A stretch of DNA of 64,000 nucleotides from a virus. The position numbers and the translations under genes are program-made. Below are positions 1 through 9,187 of the stretch, piece after piece (positions within the stretch are counted from its first letter, which is position 1; every line of letters begins with the position of its first letter). The DNA lies in the IMG/VR virus record IMGVR_UViG_2799112719_000001; one strand, 5' to 3'. The notes below the pieces were generated by a model, which ran no database searches, was not told the DNA's origin, and saw only the letters and a program-made list of their open reading frames with translations.

Positions 1-1362
1 AAGAACCTGGACGAACTGGCTAAGTGGGTCAGCAAGAGTGAGCAGCGTATGAATGAGCTGACTCATAGCAACCATACCGGCGGTTACAATTATGTGCTGA
101 TGTGGAAGTATGACGGCATTTCGTGCTCTATCGTTTATCAGGATGGCGAACTGGTGAGTGCATCGACTCGTGGCGATGGTAGGGTAGGGCAGGACATCAC
201 CGAGCATGTGAAGATGATGGGTAGTGTGCCCCAGCAGCTTTCAAAGATTTATTATGGTGAGGGCTTTTCTCTCAAAGGTCGTATCGAAGTGCGTGGCGAG
301 ATCTGTTGCAGTAAGAAGAATCTGCCGTTGCTCTCTCAGAAGTACACCGACTGCCGTACTGCCGCCAGCAGCTTGTGCAACCAGGCCGTGCCCGATGAGT
401 ACGACATGGCTATGCTCGACTTCATTCCCTGGGATGCTATAATTGACGAACAGATCAGCTGCCAGCGTTACCTTTGTCCTACGCCGTTGGGTTATCCTTG
501 GCATAAGCTCTCATTCCTGGAGAACCTGGGTTTCGTGCATCGTGCAGAGACTTTCTCGCCTCATGGCTACGAAGCCTGTGCTGCCTGCATTGCAGAGCGT
601 GAGAAGGAGCGTGACGCTTATCCATGGCCTGTTGACGGTGTGGTTATACGCATTACGCATGATGACTACTTCCAGATGTTCGGTGCCACTGAGCACCATC
701 CTCATGGCTCTATTGCCTATAAGTTTGCACCGGCTAAGACCATTACCCGCTGCACTCGCATTGAGGTGACTGTCGGTAAGACCGGCAAGCGTACTCCCGT
801 CGTACACTTCGAGCCTGTCACCATTATGGGCCGTACCGTCCGTAAGGCCAGCGTGGGCAGTGAGGCCACTCTCCAGCGTCTTGGTGTGGTCATGGGTAGC
901 ACCATTGAGGTAGGACTTGCTAACGATGTCCGTCCGACTGTCTATCGCGTTATAGAGGATGCAGAAAATCAGGCTCCCGAAGTTACGGAAAATGACCCCT
1001 TAGAGGGTATCGACTTCCCTGGTGAAGAGAGTCCTGTATGTAGCAACATTGTTGCTGCCTCTGAAGAGGAACAGCCCGAAGAGCCTTGGTTGGCTCCGTC
1101 GTTTGCAGATCTCTATCCTGAGACGCAGGTACTTCACGAGGCACCTACGCCTCCAGTAGTGGAGCCTGCTGTCGTTCCTGTCAGTGAGGATGATGGCCAG
1201 CAGTCGCCTGGTGGCTCTGTTGCTGCTCCTAACGGTAAGCATAAGATTCTGGCTGCCGTGGCCACTCTCTGCGTGGCTCTGGCCGTTGTGTGTGGTGCTG
1301 CCGTGCTCCTGGGTGCTCTGGCCTTTGCGCTGCCTGTGCTCAATGGAACACTTCGCGCATAA
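1..1362 (+). CDS. ligA: NAD+-dependent DNA ligase-like protein (adenylation + OB domains only), 5' end cut by window edge, C-terminal hydrophobic helix
   Basis: Frame is open from nt 1. KYDG adenylation motif, STRGDGRVGQDIT, EVRGE, VDGVVI and AYKF..GKTGKRTPV match the LigA NTase/OB core. No Zn-finger/HhH/BRCT region. Ends with a Pro/acidic linker plus ILAAVATLCVALAVVCGAAVLLGALAFALPVL. Confidence 0.85.
   Translation, partial: KNLDELAKWVSKSEQRMNELTHSNHTGGYNYVLMWKYDGISCSIVYQDGELVSASTRGDGRVGQDITEHVKMMGSVPQQLSKIYYGEGFSLKGRIEVRGEICCSKKNLPLLSQKYTDCRTAASSLCNQAVPDEYDMAMLDFIPWDAIIDEQISCQRYLCPTPLGYPWHKLSFLENLGFVHRAETFSPHGYEACAACIAEREKERDAYPWPVDGVVIRITHDDYFQMFGATEHHPHGSIAYKFAPAKTITRCTRIEVTVGKTGKRTPVVHFEPVTIMGRTVRKASVGSEATLQRLGVVMGSTIEVGLANDVRPTVYRVIEDAENQAPEVTENDPLEGIDFPGEESPVCSNIVAASEEEQPEEPWLAPSFADLYPETQVLHEAPTPPVVEPAVVPVSEDDGQQSPGGSVAAPNGKHKILAAVATLCVALAVVCGAAVLLGALAFALPVLNGTLRA
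982..1000. repeat. Iteron-like 19-mer inside the ligase ORF
   Basis: GTTACGGAAAATGACCCCT is identical to 3704-3722 in the origin region. Confidence 0.6.
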
Positions 1363-1406
1363 TCATCAATTCATAGATTCATAAATTCATAAAATCATTA
1401 TAGTAT

Positions 1407-2234
1407 ATGTCAGAAATCAGAGAAAATCAAGTAAGACCACTCCCTATATGGGATGGTGAACTATCACAGTACAGTCAGCACTTTATGACTGGTATGCAGT
1501 TTCATGGCCCATTCATCGTGACGGCTTCACAAGCTCGTAATGACCTTGGCCAGTGTATCATCAGCACTCGATCGCCACACCTGGTATGTAAGATTCATGC
1601 TTTCAAAACCAAAATGGGCGAGGGTGGAAATGAGAAAGCTCGCGCACAGGAAAAGCGTGAGGAAATGGCACGGATGGCATGGCTTCAGCAACGTGCAGAC
1701 GCTTTCGACAATGAGCGTGAGGCATTGCGTCAGGGCATAACCATCCGCGACTATATCGAGCAGAAGGGTAGGGTGTATGACGAAGAGTTTGACCAGCCGC
1801 GTATCGTGGTAAAGGTGCCTGGACTCTCGGCCTATCTGGAACTGCTTGGGTGCCTCGATTCGTTGAATGAGGGTGAAATAGATGCTATCGACTGGACGGG
1901 TGAGCATGGTATATTGGCTACGCTTGACAGCATGGCACAGTGGGCACAGAATATCTGGGATCGAAAAGACCGCCGCTACCGTGCTTCATCGACACTCGAC
2001 ATGCAGCCGTTACCTGAATGGCAGGCTGATGCCTACGACCCAGAACTGCGTCCCTGGATGCCTAAGAAGCGTGGCCTCGGTCATACCTATATCGACCCCA
2101 GCCGTCGCCCAGAACTGTTGCACTCGAAGGCTCCGCAAGGCTCTGCCGACTATGGCATGATACGCGACTTGAAACGTGCGACTGCCGACAATGCAGCTGT
2201 TGGCATGGCTCCTGAAAACTATGGTGATGAATAA
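1407..2234 (+). CDS. hypothetical protein
   Basis: 275-aa ORF preceded by the TCATnAA-type AT-rich leader. No recognisable motif. Confidence 0.6.
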   Translation: MSEIRENQVRPLPIWDGELSQYSQHFMTGMQFHGPFIVTASQARNDLGQCIISTRSPHLVCKIHAFKTKMGEGGNEKARAQEKREEMARMAWLQQRADAFDNEREALRQGITIRDYIEQKGRVYDEEFDQPRIVVKVPGLSAYLELLGCLDSLNEGEIDAIDWTGEHGILATLDSMAQWAQNIWDRKDRRYRASSTLDMQPLPEWQADAYDPELRPWMPKKRGLGHTYIDPSRRPELLHSKAPQGSADYGMIRDLKRATADNAAVGMAPENYGDE

Positions 2235-2336
2235 TGGTCCTGTATGTGGTTATGTTATAACGACTCTGAAAAATCACAGTTTTCATAAATTCATTAACTC
2301 ATATTTTCATAAATTCATAAAATAATGACGATTTTA

Positions 2337-2368
2337 TTTTGTCAATTCAAAGTTTTATAGTACATTTG
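2337..2368 (+). promoter_or_regulatory. Bacteroidota-type promoter upstream of parA
   Basis: TTTG (2337-2340) and TAcaTTTG (2361-2368) with 20-nt spacing. Shares ATTTTGTCAATTCAA with 40607-40621. Confidence 0.5.
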
Positions 2369-2392
2369 CACCAAATTAAAATAATATAGGTT

Positions 2393-3256
2393 ATGGAAAG
2401 ACTGAAAGAAGTTTTGGCTTTTGCCAACAACAAGGGTGGGGTAGCGAAGACTACCACCGTGCAGAACGTGGCTGCCGGAATGCTGAGACGTGATCCGTCG
2501 CTGCGCATCCTCTGCATTGACCTGGACCCGCAAGGGAATCTCTCATCGCTCCTGGGATGGAGGGAAAAGATGAAACAGTATCACGAGCAGAAGCACTCGA
2601 CGCTGACGGTGGCCGACGCTCTGAGGGATGGCGATAACAATCACCTGCCAGTGTATCAGAGCCGCGAGGGGCTGTTCTATGTGCCTGCATCGCCCATGCT
2701 GGCCGAGATAGATCCTGACCTGCACCGCCAGATGCAGCCGAAGCTGGTGCTGGCCTCGCTGTTTGGTAACGACATTCACTACATGGATAACCTCTACATG
2801 GAGGCAGAGCGACTGGATGGAGACTACATAGAGGACTGCTTCGACTATGTGCTGATAGACTGTGCTCCTGCGCTGTCAGAACTGACCTACAACGCCCTGG
2901 GTGCCGCTACGGGTGTAATCATACCCGTGCAGCTGGGTTCGCTCAGTGTGGACGGCATAGGGCGCATGATGGAGGCTTACAAGGCGGTTAAGCGGAAACT
3001 AAACAACGACCTGGATATGCGGGGCCTGCTGATAGTGATGGCCGATGAGCGCACTAACCTGGCACGAGAGACCAGCGACTTCCTGCGCGACACCTACGAT
3101 GCCGACATGTTCAAGACGCGCATCCGTCAGTGTGTGAAGGTGGGTGAAAGCCAGTTCCAGCATCAGGACATCTTCGACTATGCGCCTGACTGTACCGCTG
3201 CCCGCGACTACGACGATTTTATCACGGAATTGTTGAACAATGATAATGAGGAATAA
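2393..3256 (+). CDS. parA: ParA/Soj-family partition ATPase
   Basis: Deviant Walker A NNKGGVAKTT at the N-terminus, plus LIDCAP and ParA-like length. Confidence 0.9.
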   Translation: MERLKEVLAFANNKGGVAKTTTVQNVAAGMLRRDPSLRILCIDLDPQGNLSSLLGWREKMKQYHEQKHSTLTVADALRDGDNNHLPVYQSREGLFYVPASPMLAEIDPDLHRQMQPKLVLASLFGNDIHYMDNLYMEAERLDGDYIEDCFDYVLIDCAPALSELTYNALGAATGVIIPVQLGSLSVDGIGRMMEAYKAVKRKLNNDLDMRGLLIVMADERTNLARETSDFLRDTYDADMFKTRIRQCVKVGESQFQHQDIFDYAPDCTAARDYDDFITELLNNDNEE

Positions 3257-3258
3257 CT

Positions 3259-3600
3259 ATGGCTACAAAATCGTATAAGAAAAAGAGTATCGTGGCTGGA
3301 TCACCTGCCATTCAGGAACACGAGGCCATGATGCAGGAGGTGATGAATGAGCAGCCTGTCAACGACACGCCAGCCGTTCCGACGGCCAGTGTGCCAACAG
3401 GTAAGGGCGTGAAGCCTACGGGTGTGTTCTCGCAGTATGCTACTGGCATGACGAAGAATGTGCAGACGCGCATCCCCTTTGACATGTACCAGCGTTTGCT
3501 TGCCCTGAAGATGCAGAGTGAGCAGCGGGATAAGAAACTGAAACTCTCCATCGGCGACCTGGTGCTTCAGGCCATCGACGAATATCTGCAACGGCATTGA
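3259..3600 (+). CDS. Ribbon-helix-helix DNA-binding protein, ParG-like partition partner
   Basis: Starts 3 nt after parA. The C-terminal RIPFDMYQRLLALK...IGDLVLQAIDEYLQRH fits a beta-helix-helix (CopG/ParG) pattern behind a disordered N-terminal tail. Confidence 0.6.
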   Translation: MATKSYKKKSIVAGSPAIQEHEAMMQEVMNEQPVNDTPAVPTASVPTGKGVKPTGVFSQYATGMTKNVQTRIPFDMYQRLLALKMQSEQRDKKLKLSIGDLVLQAIDEYLQRH

Positions 3601-3601
3601 G

Positions 3602-3725
3602 GTTACGTCCTCATACCCCTTACTTAAAGGCTATGCAGGAAATCACCGATTTTGGAGAGTTACCGAATTTGACCCCTAAATTTACGACCCCGCACCCCTG
3701 AAGGTTACGGAAAATGACCCCTAAA
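3602..3725. repeat. Iteron cluster, orientation 1 (GTTACnnnnnnnnACCCCTAA), 3-4 copies
   Basis: Copies at 3602, 3659, 3681 (degenerate) and 3704, about 22 nt apart. Followed by an AT-rich stretch at 3727-3852. Confidence 0.8.
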
Positions 3726-3852
3726 TGAAGCATTTTCTTTATTTATTATATAGTATTGAGAATTTTCTTTTATGGATTTAGAAAAGATATATAATTATAA
3801 CGGTATGAAAATAGCCGGAAAAGCCTTTATACAAAGGGTTTCCGCTCTTTGC

Positions 3853-4036
3853 AGGGTGCAAATGTCCGTAACTTTCGGTGCAAATGTTCGTAACATAAGG
3901 GTAATTATCCGTAACCGTAGGGGATATTCTCTGGAACCCTTTTGTTTAGGGGTAAAACAGCGTAACCTATCGCTGAATATGGTGGAAGATTTAGGGGTAA
4001 AATCCCGTAACCTGTTTAGGGGTAAAACTTCGTAAC
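3853..4036. repeat. Iteron cluster, orientation 2 (TAGGGGTAAAAnnnCGTAAC), about 7 copies
   Basis: Copies start at 3853, 3875, 3897, 3918, 3947, 3992 and 4017. They are the reverse complement of the 3602-3725 set and lie directly upstream of the Rep-like gene. Confidence 0.8.
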
Positions 4037-4070
4037 TTTGAGTCGATACTAAGTTTCAACTTATAAAGAA

Positions 4071-5540
4071 ATGACTATGGCAAAGAAAAACAAAGACGAT
4101 AAGATGCAGGCACTCATCAAGAGCGACAATGCCATTATCCGTGAGCTGCGCGATCAGAAGTGGATTTATAATCCCAAGGTGTTCGCACAGGTGGCTGGTG
4201 ACTTCTCGCTGATGCACCAAAGGGTTCTGTTGGGTGTGCTCGAAAAGCTGCAAGACCGTATAGCCTATTCTGCTTCTGAGCATCAGAAGAATCAGCAGCT
4301 TTGGCTCCCGCTCTTCTCGCCGGACGAAATGAATACGTCGGTGGACTTCGAGATAGACCCAAGAGATATTGGTGTGACTCCTGGCCACTATCCTGAGTTG
4401 GCACAGGCTTTGTCAGATCTGATAGGTCTGAAGATGGGTTGGCCGAAGCGTAAGGGTAATAAGACGGTGTATCAGTTTGTGTCATTCTTCAGTCGCCTGG
4501 AAATGCCGATGACTGAAAGCGGATGGCGCACAGGAAAGATCCGCGTAAAGATGGATAAGGAGAATGTCAACGACTTCTTATCCATGGAGCGTGGCTATAC
4601 TGACCACATCGCTAAGATTGCTCAGTTCTCGAAGAAACAGCGTACTCCCAGACTGTATATCTACCTTTCGACGTTCAAATATAAGAAGCGTGACGAAGTA
4701 GAGTACCCAGAACTGTGCGAGTTCCTTGGCATTGATGATGAAAGTTATGTGGAGTCGCATAAGGCAGAGAATCCTAATGTGAAGCCTACGGATAATCCTT
4801 TTCATAAGTTCTCGAAGGTGAAGAAACTGATTCTGGACCCATCGAAGCAGGAAATGGATAAGTTCTCGGCTGAGAAGAAAATCGACTTCACGTTTACTTA
4901 CGAGCCGATGTATAAGGATGGCCGTAAGAAGGGTAATCCTACGCATATTGAGTTTGTCATCGTTCCAGGACCGCTGGGAATTGAGCGTGAACAGGACCGC
5001 AAACGTCATGGGCAGGTGCAGAGTGTCATCAGTTCGCTTACGAAATGGTGTCCTGACATCAAACCTTACGAGGTGGTGGAACTGGCCAAGGAGGTGCAGG
5101 ATGACTGGCTGGATGACTTCTGTAACTTTGCCTACGACGATGTGCGCCATCAGGTAGAGAAGACTCAGCCAGACCATGTGGCAGAATATGTCATTACGAT
5201 GCTCTCTAACTGGATTAAGGATCGTCAGATGGCCGCAGAGCGTAAGCGTATAGAGGACCAGAGACAGTATGAGCTATTTGAGCGTCAGGAGGCAGAAAGT
5301 AAGTGGCCTGCTTGCTTTGCTGAGATCTCGGCATCTATACCTGTCACTTCCAGTCAGCTTTATTTCTGTGACTATGGGAATGCAGAGATAAAAGGGGTGG
5401 TTAGAAAGACCATCACTTTGTGGATAGTGAATGAGGCATTTATATCGGTGATTGAAAGCAAAGAGAATCTGCCGGCCTATGAGGGTGCTATCCGTAAATA
5501 TTATGGTCAAATAGCCGTTCAATACAAATTGATAAGGTAA
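4071..5540 (+). CDS. Replication initiator, Rep_3/RepB-like
   Basis: N-terminal IKSDNAIIRE...FSLMHQRVLLGVLEKL resembles the Rep_3 signature (xSNxLIea..ltl.EqRlll). Flanked by iterons on both sides. Confidence 0.6.
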   Translation: MTMAKKNKDDKMQALIKSDNAIIRELRDQKWIYNPKVFAQVAGDFSLMHQRVLLGVLEKLQDRIAYSASEHQKNQQLWLPLFSPDEMNTSVDFEIDPRDIGVTPGHYPELAQALSDLIGLKMGWPKRKGNKTVYQFVSFFSRLEMPMTESGWRTGKIRVKMDKENVNDFLSMERGYTDHIAKIAQFSKKQRTPRLYIYLSTFKYKKRDEVEYPELCEFLGIDDESYVESHKAENPNVKPTDNPFHKFSKVKKLILDPSKQEMDKFSAEKKIDFTFTYEPMYKDGRKKGNPTHIEFVIVPGPLGIEREQDRKRHGQVQSVISSLTKWCPDIKPYEVVELAKEVQDDWLDDFCNFAYDDVRHQVEKTQPDHVAEYVITMLSNWIKDRQMAAERKRIEDQRQYELFERQEAESKWPACFAEISASIPVTSSQLYFCDYGNAEIKGVVRKTITLWIVNEAFISVIESKENLPAYEGAIRKYYGQIAVQYKLIR

Positions 5541-5541
5541 G

Positions 5542-5564
5542 GTTACGGAAAATACCCCCTAAAT
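5542..5564. repeat. Isolated iteron copy just after the rep stop codon
   Basis: GTTACGGAAAATACCCCCTAAAT. Confidence 0.65.
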
Positions 5565-5592
5565 TTGTCTCACATTTTTCATTTGATAGAAG

Positions 5593-5627
5593 TACCTTTG
5601 GCGTAGTATTCACCAAAGGTATTTTTA
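5593..5627 (+). terminator. Hairpin plus T-tract terminator after rep
   Basis: TACCTTTGG / CCAAAGGTA 9-bp stem followed by TTTTT. Confidence 0.6.
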
Positions 5628-5631
5628 TTGT

Positions 5632-6234
5632 ATGAGAAAAAAATCACTGCTTTTCTGTTTTTTGTGTTGCTATATCATAGCAGCCTTATCCTCGTGTTCT
5701 GCTACTCAGACTACCATCGACCACTCAGAGAGCCACCATATAGATAGCAGCTTTGTGCAGATGCAGTTGCAGCAGTTGGTCAGTCAGCAGCAGGCCCGTT
5801 ACGACTCTCTGATGCGTGTGGTGCAGCAGCGTGACTCGATTTCCCAGAATATCAACGAGCAGGAGCGTGAGCACATCACCGAAACGGTTACGTCGTGGAT
5901 CGACTCGCTGGGGCGCAAGGTGACTCAGGAGGCCCGTACCATCGACCGCCAGCGTGACCGATCAGAGGAACTGCGTCAGCAGCGTATCATCAATGAGCAG
6001 GAGCAACGCATCCAGTCGTGCCAGGAGCGCATCGACTCGCTCTATAATCTCTTACTCGAAAAGACGGCTCTGGAGGTAAACGACACAACCAATTACCACA
6101 AAGAGGTCATCAAACCGGCACACACGCCATCGTTCCTACAACGTGTGCATGACTTCTTTACTACCTTGGTCAATGTCATCGTCTTTGCTGCTATCTTCGC
6201 CTTTATCATTCGCTGGAAACGCCGTAAGTCGTAA
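5632..6234 (+). CDS. Lipoprotein with coiled-coil region and C-terminal TM helix
   Basis: Signal peptide with lipobox (AALSSC), a Q/E/R-rich coiled coil, and C-terminal VIVFAAIFAFII. Confidence 0.65.
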   Translation: MRKKSLLFCFLCCYIIAALSSCSATQTTIDHSESHHIDSSFVQMQLQQLVSQQQARYDSLMRVVQQRDSISQNINEQEREHITETVTSWIDSLGRKVTQEARTIDRQRDRSEELRQQRIINEQEQRIQSCQERIDSLYNLLLEKTALEVNDTTNYHKEVIKPAHTPSFLQRVHDFFTTLVNVIVFAAIFAFIIRWKRRKS

Positions 6235-7215
6235 GATACTCCCTACACCTGAAGCCTTTTCGTGGCTCAAACTCTTCAAAGGAATGGGCTACGAAATGGG
6301 CTTTTTTGTTGACCCATCCTGCCATGTCCTTTTGCCATTGTGGAATGATATGGTGTGGGTTGTTAGGATCACGGTAGGGCTGGGCATGTGGATAGACATA
6401 GCGGCCCTGATGTGAGGCCCGCGTCTCTTGTGTACGATGCCACCAATAGGTGATGCGCTCGTAGCACTCCCTGAAGTCTGAGGTGAGCATGGTGTATAGG
6501 AAGTATTGCCCTGTGAAGCCGTAGCGGTTGATCATATTCATGGCCCGCTCACATTCTGCTATCTGTCCGTGTGTGTCACAGCCGAAGCGGATGCGGTTGT
6601 TATCGAGCCACTTCACTTTTGCCAGCAGCTGTGCTATCTCATCCGTTACCAGTCGTGCATCGAGGGCCTGATTGAAGTCCACTCGGTAGCCTCTTTCTAT
6701 AATCTTTTGCAGCTGCTGTATGCAGTAGTCGCCAGCAGCCAGAATATTGTTATCCATCAGCACTAACTTACGACGGCCCTCAATGGCTATTTCGTCCACA
6801 TCCATATATGGCCGGATGGCTCCCTCTTTCTTGGGCACCACACACCAACGGCATTTGTTAGGACAGCCGCGAGTGAGGAATCCGTAGGCAGTATCTTTCG
6901 GGATGTTAGGATAGATGGAGTAGTCTGGCTGCAAACGGTCTATTTCGTCGGGCAACTGGCTCAGAGGATCATAGCCGGTGCCTCCTTTGATGATTTTGTC
7001 TGCATCGTAGATATAAGTATCGTCTGGGGAAAAGTTAAACACTTTCGACATATACACAATGTCGTAGTGCTCCATGGGGCTTGCCCATGAGATTTGCCCC
7101 CCCCCCTATTACGCCAGTATCTCGCAATCTTAGCGAGTGCGAGATTGGGGTAAATCGTGGCTCCCCACTTTTTTTTCTTGGCGTGTCCGTCCACGTCCAC
7201 AAGTCCTATCTTCAT
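6206..7215 (-). CDS. Radical SAM protein, split by a G10 tract (7097-7106)
   Basis: TRGCPNKCRWC is a CxxxCxxC cluster. The N-terminal 84-aa ORF (MKIGLVDVDG...IARYWRNRGG) joins MEHYDIV... if the tract is 8 or 11 nt. Confidence 0.75.
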
Positions 7216-7310
7216 ATATTAAGCATGTTTGAACAGTCTTATTTTGCAGAAATCTGTCACATTAAGCAGGTTTGAAACTTCTTAATTTACAGATACCCGT
7301 CAAATTCTAA

Positions 7311-7553
7311 TCAATTCTTACCTTTACTCTGTTGTGCCATGGCCATCAGTTTACGCTCTTCGTCGGTGGTGGTGTCAAGCGTGATTTGTTTGAAGTCTGG
7401 GTATTTCTCCCATATCAGATCAGAGGCTTCAAGAGCCTTTGATACGGTGTCTTTTATCAAGTCCTGAAATCCGTCCAGGTTCTTAATCTCGTTGGTCTCA
7501 GGTTCAATGCGGAAAGTTCTGTCATTGATGCCCTGTGCTAATATAATTTTCAT
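7311..7553 (-). CDS. hypothetical protein
   Basis: 80-aa ORF with the TCATnAA leader directly upstream. Confidence 0.55.
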   Translation of the reverse strand: MKIILAQGINDRTFRIEPETNEIKNLDGFQDLIKDTVSKALEASDLIWEKYPDFKQITLDTTTDEERKLMAMAQQSKGKN

Positions 7554-7581
7554 AATTTAATGAATTGATGAATTACTTAAA

Positions 7582-7722
7582 TCATTTATTTTTCTTGTGA
7601 AGAATGACCCTGTTATACGTTTCCTCAATAGCTTTATATTCCTGTATTGTCATTGGTATAGGTGGGGTCATAGGACGTAACATTGGACGTTTTTTAGGCA
7701 ATGAGTATTTTTTGTTTGACAT
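7582..7722 (-). CDS. small hypothetical protein (46 aa)
   Basis: Hand-translated as MSNKKYSLPKKRPMLRPMTPPIPMTIQEYKAIEETYNRVILHKKNK. Fills the gap between neighbouring genes. Confidence 0.3.
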   Translation of the reverse strand: MSNKKYSLPKKRPMLRPMTPPIPMTIQEYKAIEETYNRVILHKKNK

Positions 7723-7737
7723 AATCGTAATCTTTCT

Positions 7738-8551
7738 TCATATCTCGAAATCTAATGTTAGCTGTCTGCTTGCTTCTCTGATGCGTTTTTTAGCAACCTT
7801 GAAATACTTTGGGTCTTTCTCGATGCCGATATACTGCCTTTTCTCCATGATGGCCGCTACACAGGTGGTGCCGCTTCCCATCGTATTGTCTAAAATTACC
7901 CCCCCCCATTTGGCTATAAGTCCTTATCAGGTAGCGTAGCAGATCCACGGGCTTTTGTGTCGGATGGAACACAGTGGTCTCATGCTCTTTCTGAATATGG
8001 ATGATGCTCTGAGGAAATTTCTCGTTGGGTCGGGTAGGGGCCACCTTGCGTATTTGCTTATCGTAGTCATACGTTCTGCCGGTCTTGAACTGTCCGTAAC
8101 AGTTGTTAGTCCTGGGGTGCTCCAACTTCCCCTGGGAATGGTTTGGCTCTCCGATGCCCATCTGAGGGTTATAGACAGGCAGCTGCTTATAGAACACACA
8201 AATATCCTCATGGCAACGCATGGGCATACGGTTGGCATTCAGAAAGCCGGTGCCGCGTCCTTTATCCCATATCAGATTGTATCTCCAGAGCTTCCTATTG
8301 CTTTGCATGAGGTCGCTGGTAAACATTCCCTGGGCAAAGAGTATAATTGCACCATTGGGCTTAATAATGCGCTCATATTGCGCCCAAAGTGGCTGGAACG
8401 GAATTATTCGGTCCCATTGCGCATTAGGGTTGTCTTTGTGAAGCACCTGGTATGGCAGATCGCAGATGATGGCATCAATGCTTTCGTCTGCTATCCCTGT
8501 CATCAGGTCCAGGCAGTCGCCTAAGTATATGTTGTTTGGCTCTACGTTCAT
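7738..8551 (-). CDS. N6/N4 DNA methyltransferase (beta class), frameshifted at a G9 tract (7899-7907)
   Basis: DLPY (motif IV) and HPTQKPVDLLRYLI. After the tract the -1 frame reads VILDNTMGSGTTCVAAIMEKRQYIGIEKD (motif I). In frame if the tract is 8 nt. Confidence 0.85.
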
Positions 8552-9168
8552 TTCGTTTCTATTGAGTTTCCATCGTTTGTGACCTTCAGGCGAAACATCT
8601 TCAGGCGGTCATCACCATCTGAGAGGTTGGCATTGAGCCAGGCCATGATGTTCTCGCCCACGAACTCCATGATATCCTTTGTGTCGTAGGTGTCGCAGGA
8701 TGGATAGGTCATTTCCACTTCGATCGTCAGCTTCTTATAGGGCTTCGGATAATTGAGCATCTGGTGTTTCCATTTCTCCATGTCCTCGAAAGATGGTTTG
8801 AATTGGGGAAAGATGATCTTATCAGGGATAGAGCCTAATGTGCTCTTTGGAGCAGGCACACTCTTTACCTCTTCCAACGCCTGAAAGAAAGCCTCGAAGG
8901 GTAGTCTGTGAAAGCCTAACTCATCCTGTGGATGCAATTCGGCATATTGCTTATCGAAGAGAGACACGATGCTTGGTACTGGTCTGCCGCTAATGATACA
9001 TATCATTCTTGCTGAGTATTTGATATGGCGGTGCTTGGTGCCTCGTGCCAGTTTTACGCCTGGTATTGGCGTATCGTCGTAGATGATAGTCGTATCGAAG
9101 TCGTACACCTGTCCTACTTCAAACTTCGCTCCTTCGATTTCCAGTCCTATAATACACTTCGCTTTCAT
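8548..9168 (-). CDS. hypothetical protein
   Basis: 206-aa ORF. Its start overlaps the upstream gene's stop codon by 4 nt. Confidence 0.6.
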   Translation of the reverse strand: MKAKCIIGLEIEGAKFEVGQVYDFDTTIIYDDTPIPGVKLARGTKHRHIKYSARMICIISGRPVPSIVSLFDKQYAELHPQDELGFHRLPFEAFFQALEEVKSVPAPKSTLGSIPDKIIFPQFKPSFEDMEKWKHQMLNYPKPYKKLTIEVEMTYPSCDTYDTKDIMEFVGENIMAWLNANLSDGDDRLKMFRLKVTNDGNSIETK

Positions 9169-9187
9169 AATTTAATGAATTTATGAA

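Noticed and set aside
3772-4035. 87-aa ORF in the track
   Set aside because: It lies entirely within the AT-rich and iteron origin region, and its sequence is dictated by the repeats.
3602-4036. CRISPR array
   Set aside because: The 20-nt repeats are contiguous at about 22-nt spacing with no spacers. They occur in two inverted clusters around an AT-rich segment next to a Rep gene, which fits iterons.
5593-5600. TAccTTTG at 5593-5600 as a promoter -7 box for the lipoprotein gene
   Set aside because: The same nucleotides form the left arm of a 9-bp hairpin followed by a T-tract, so a rep terminator is the simpler reading.
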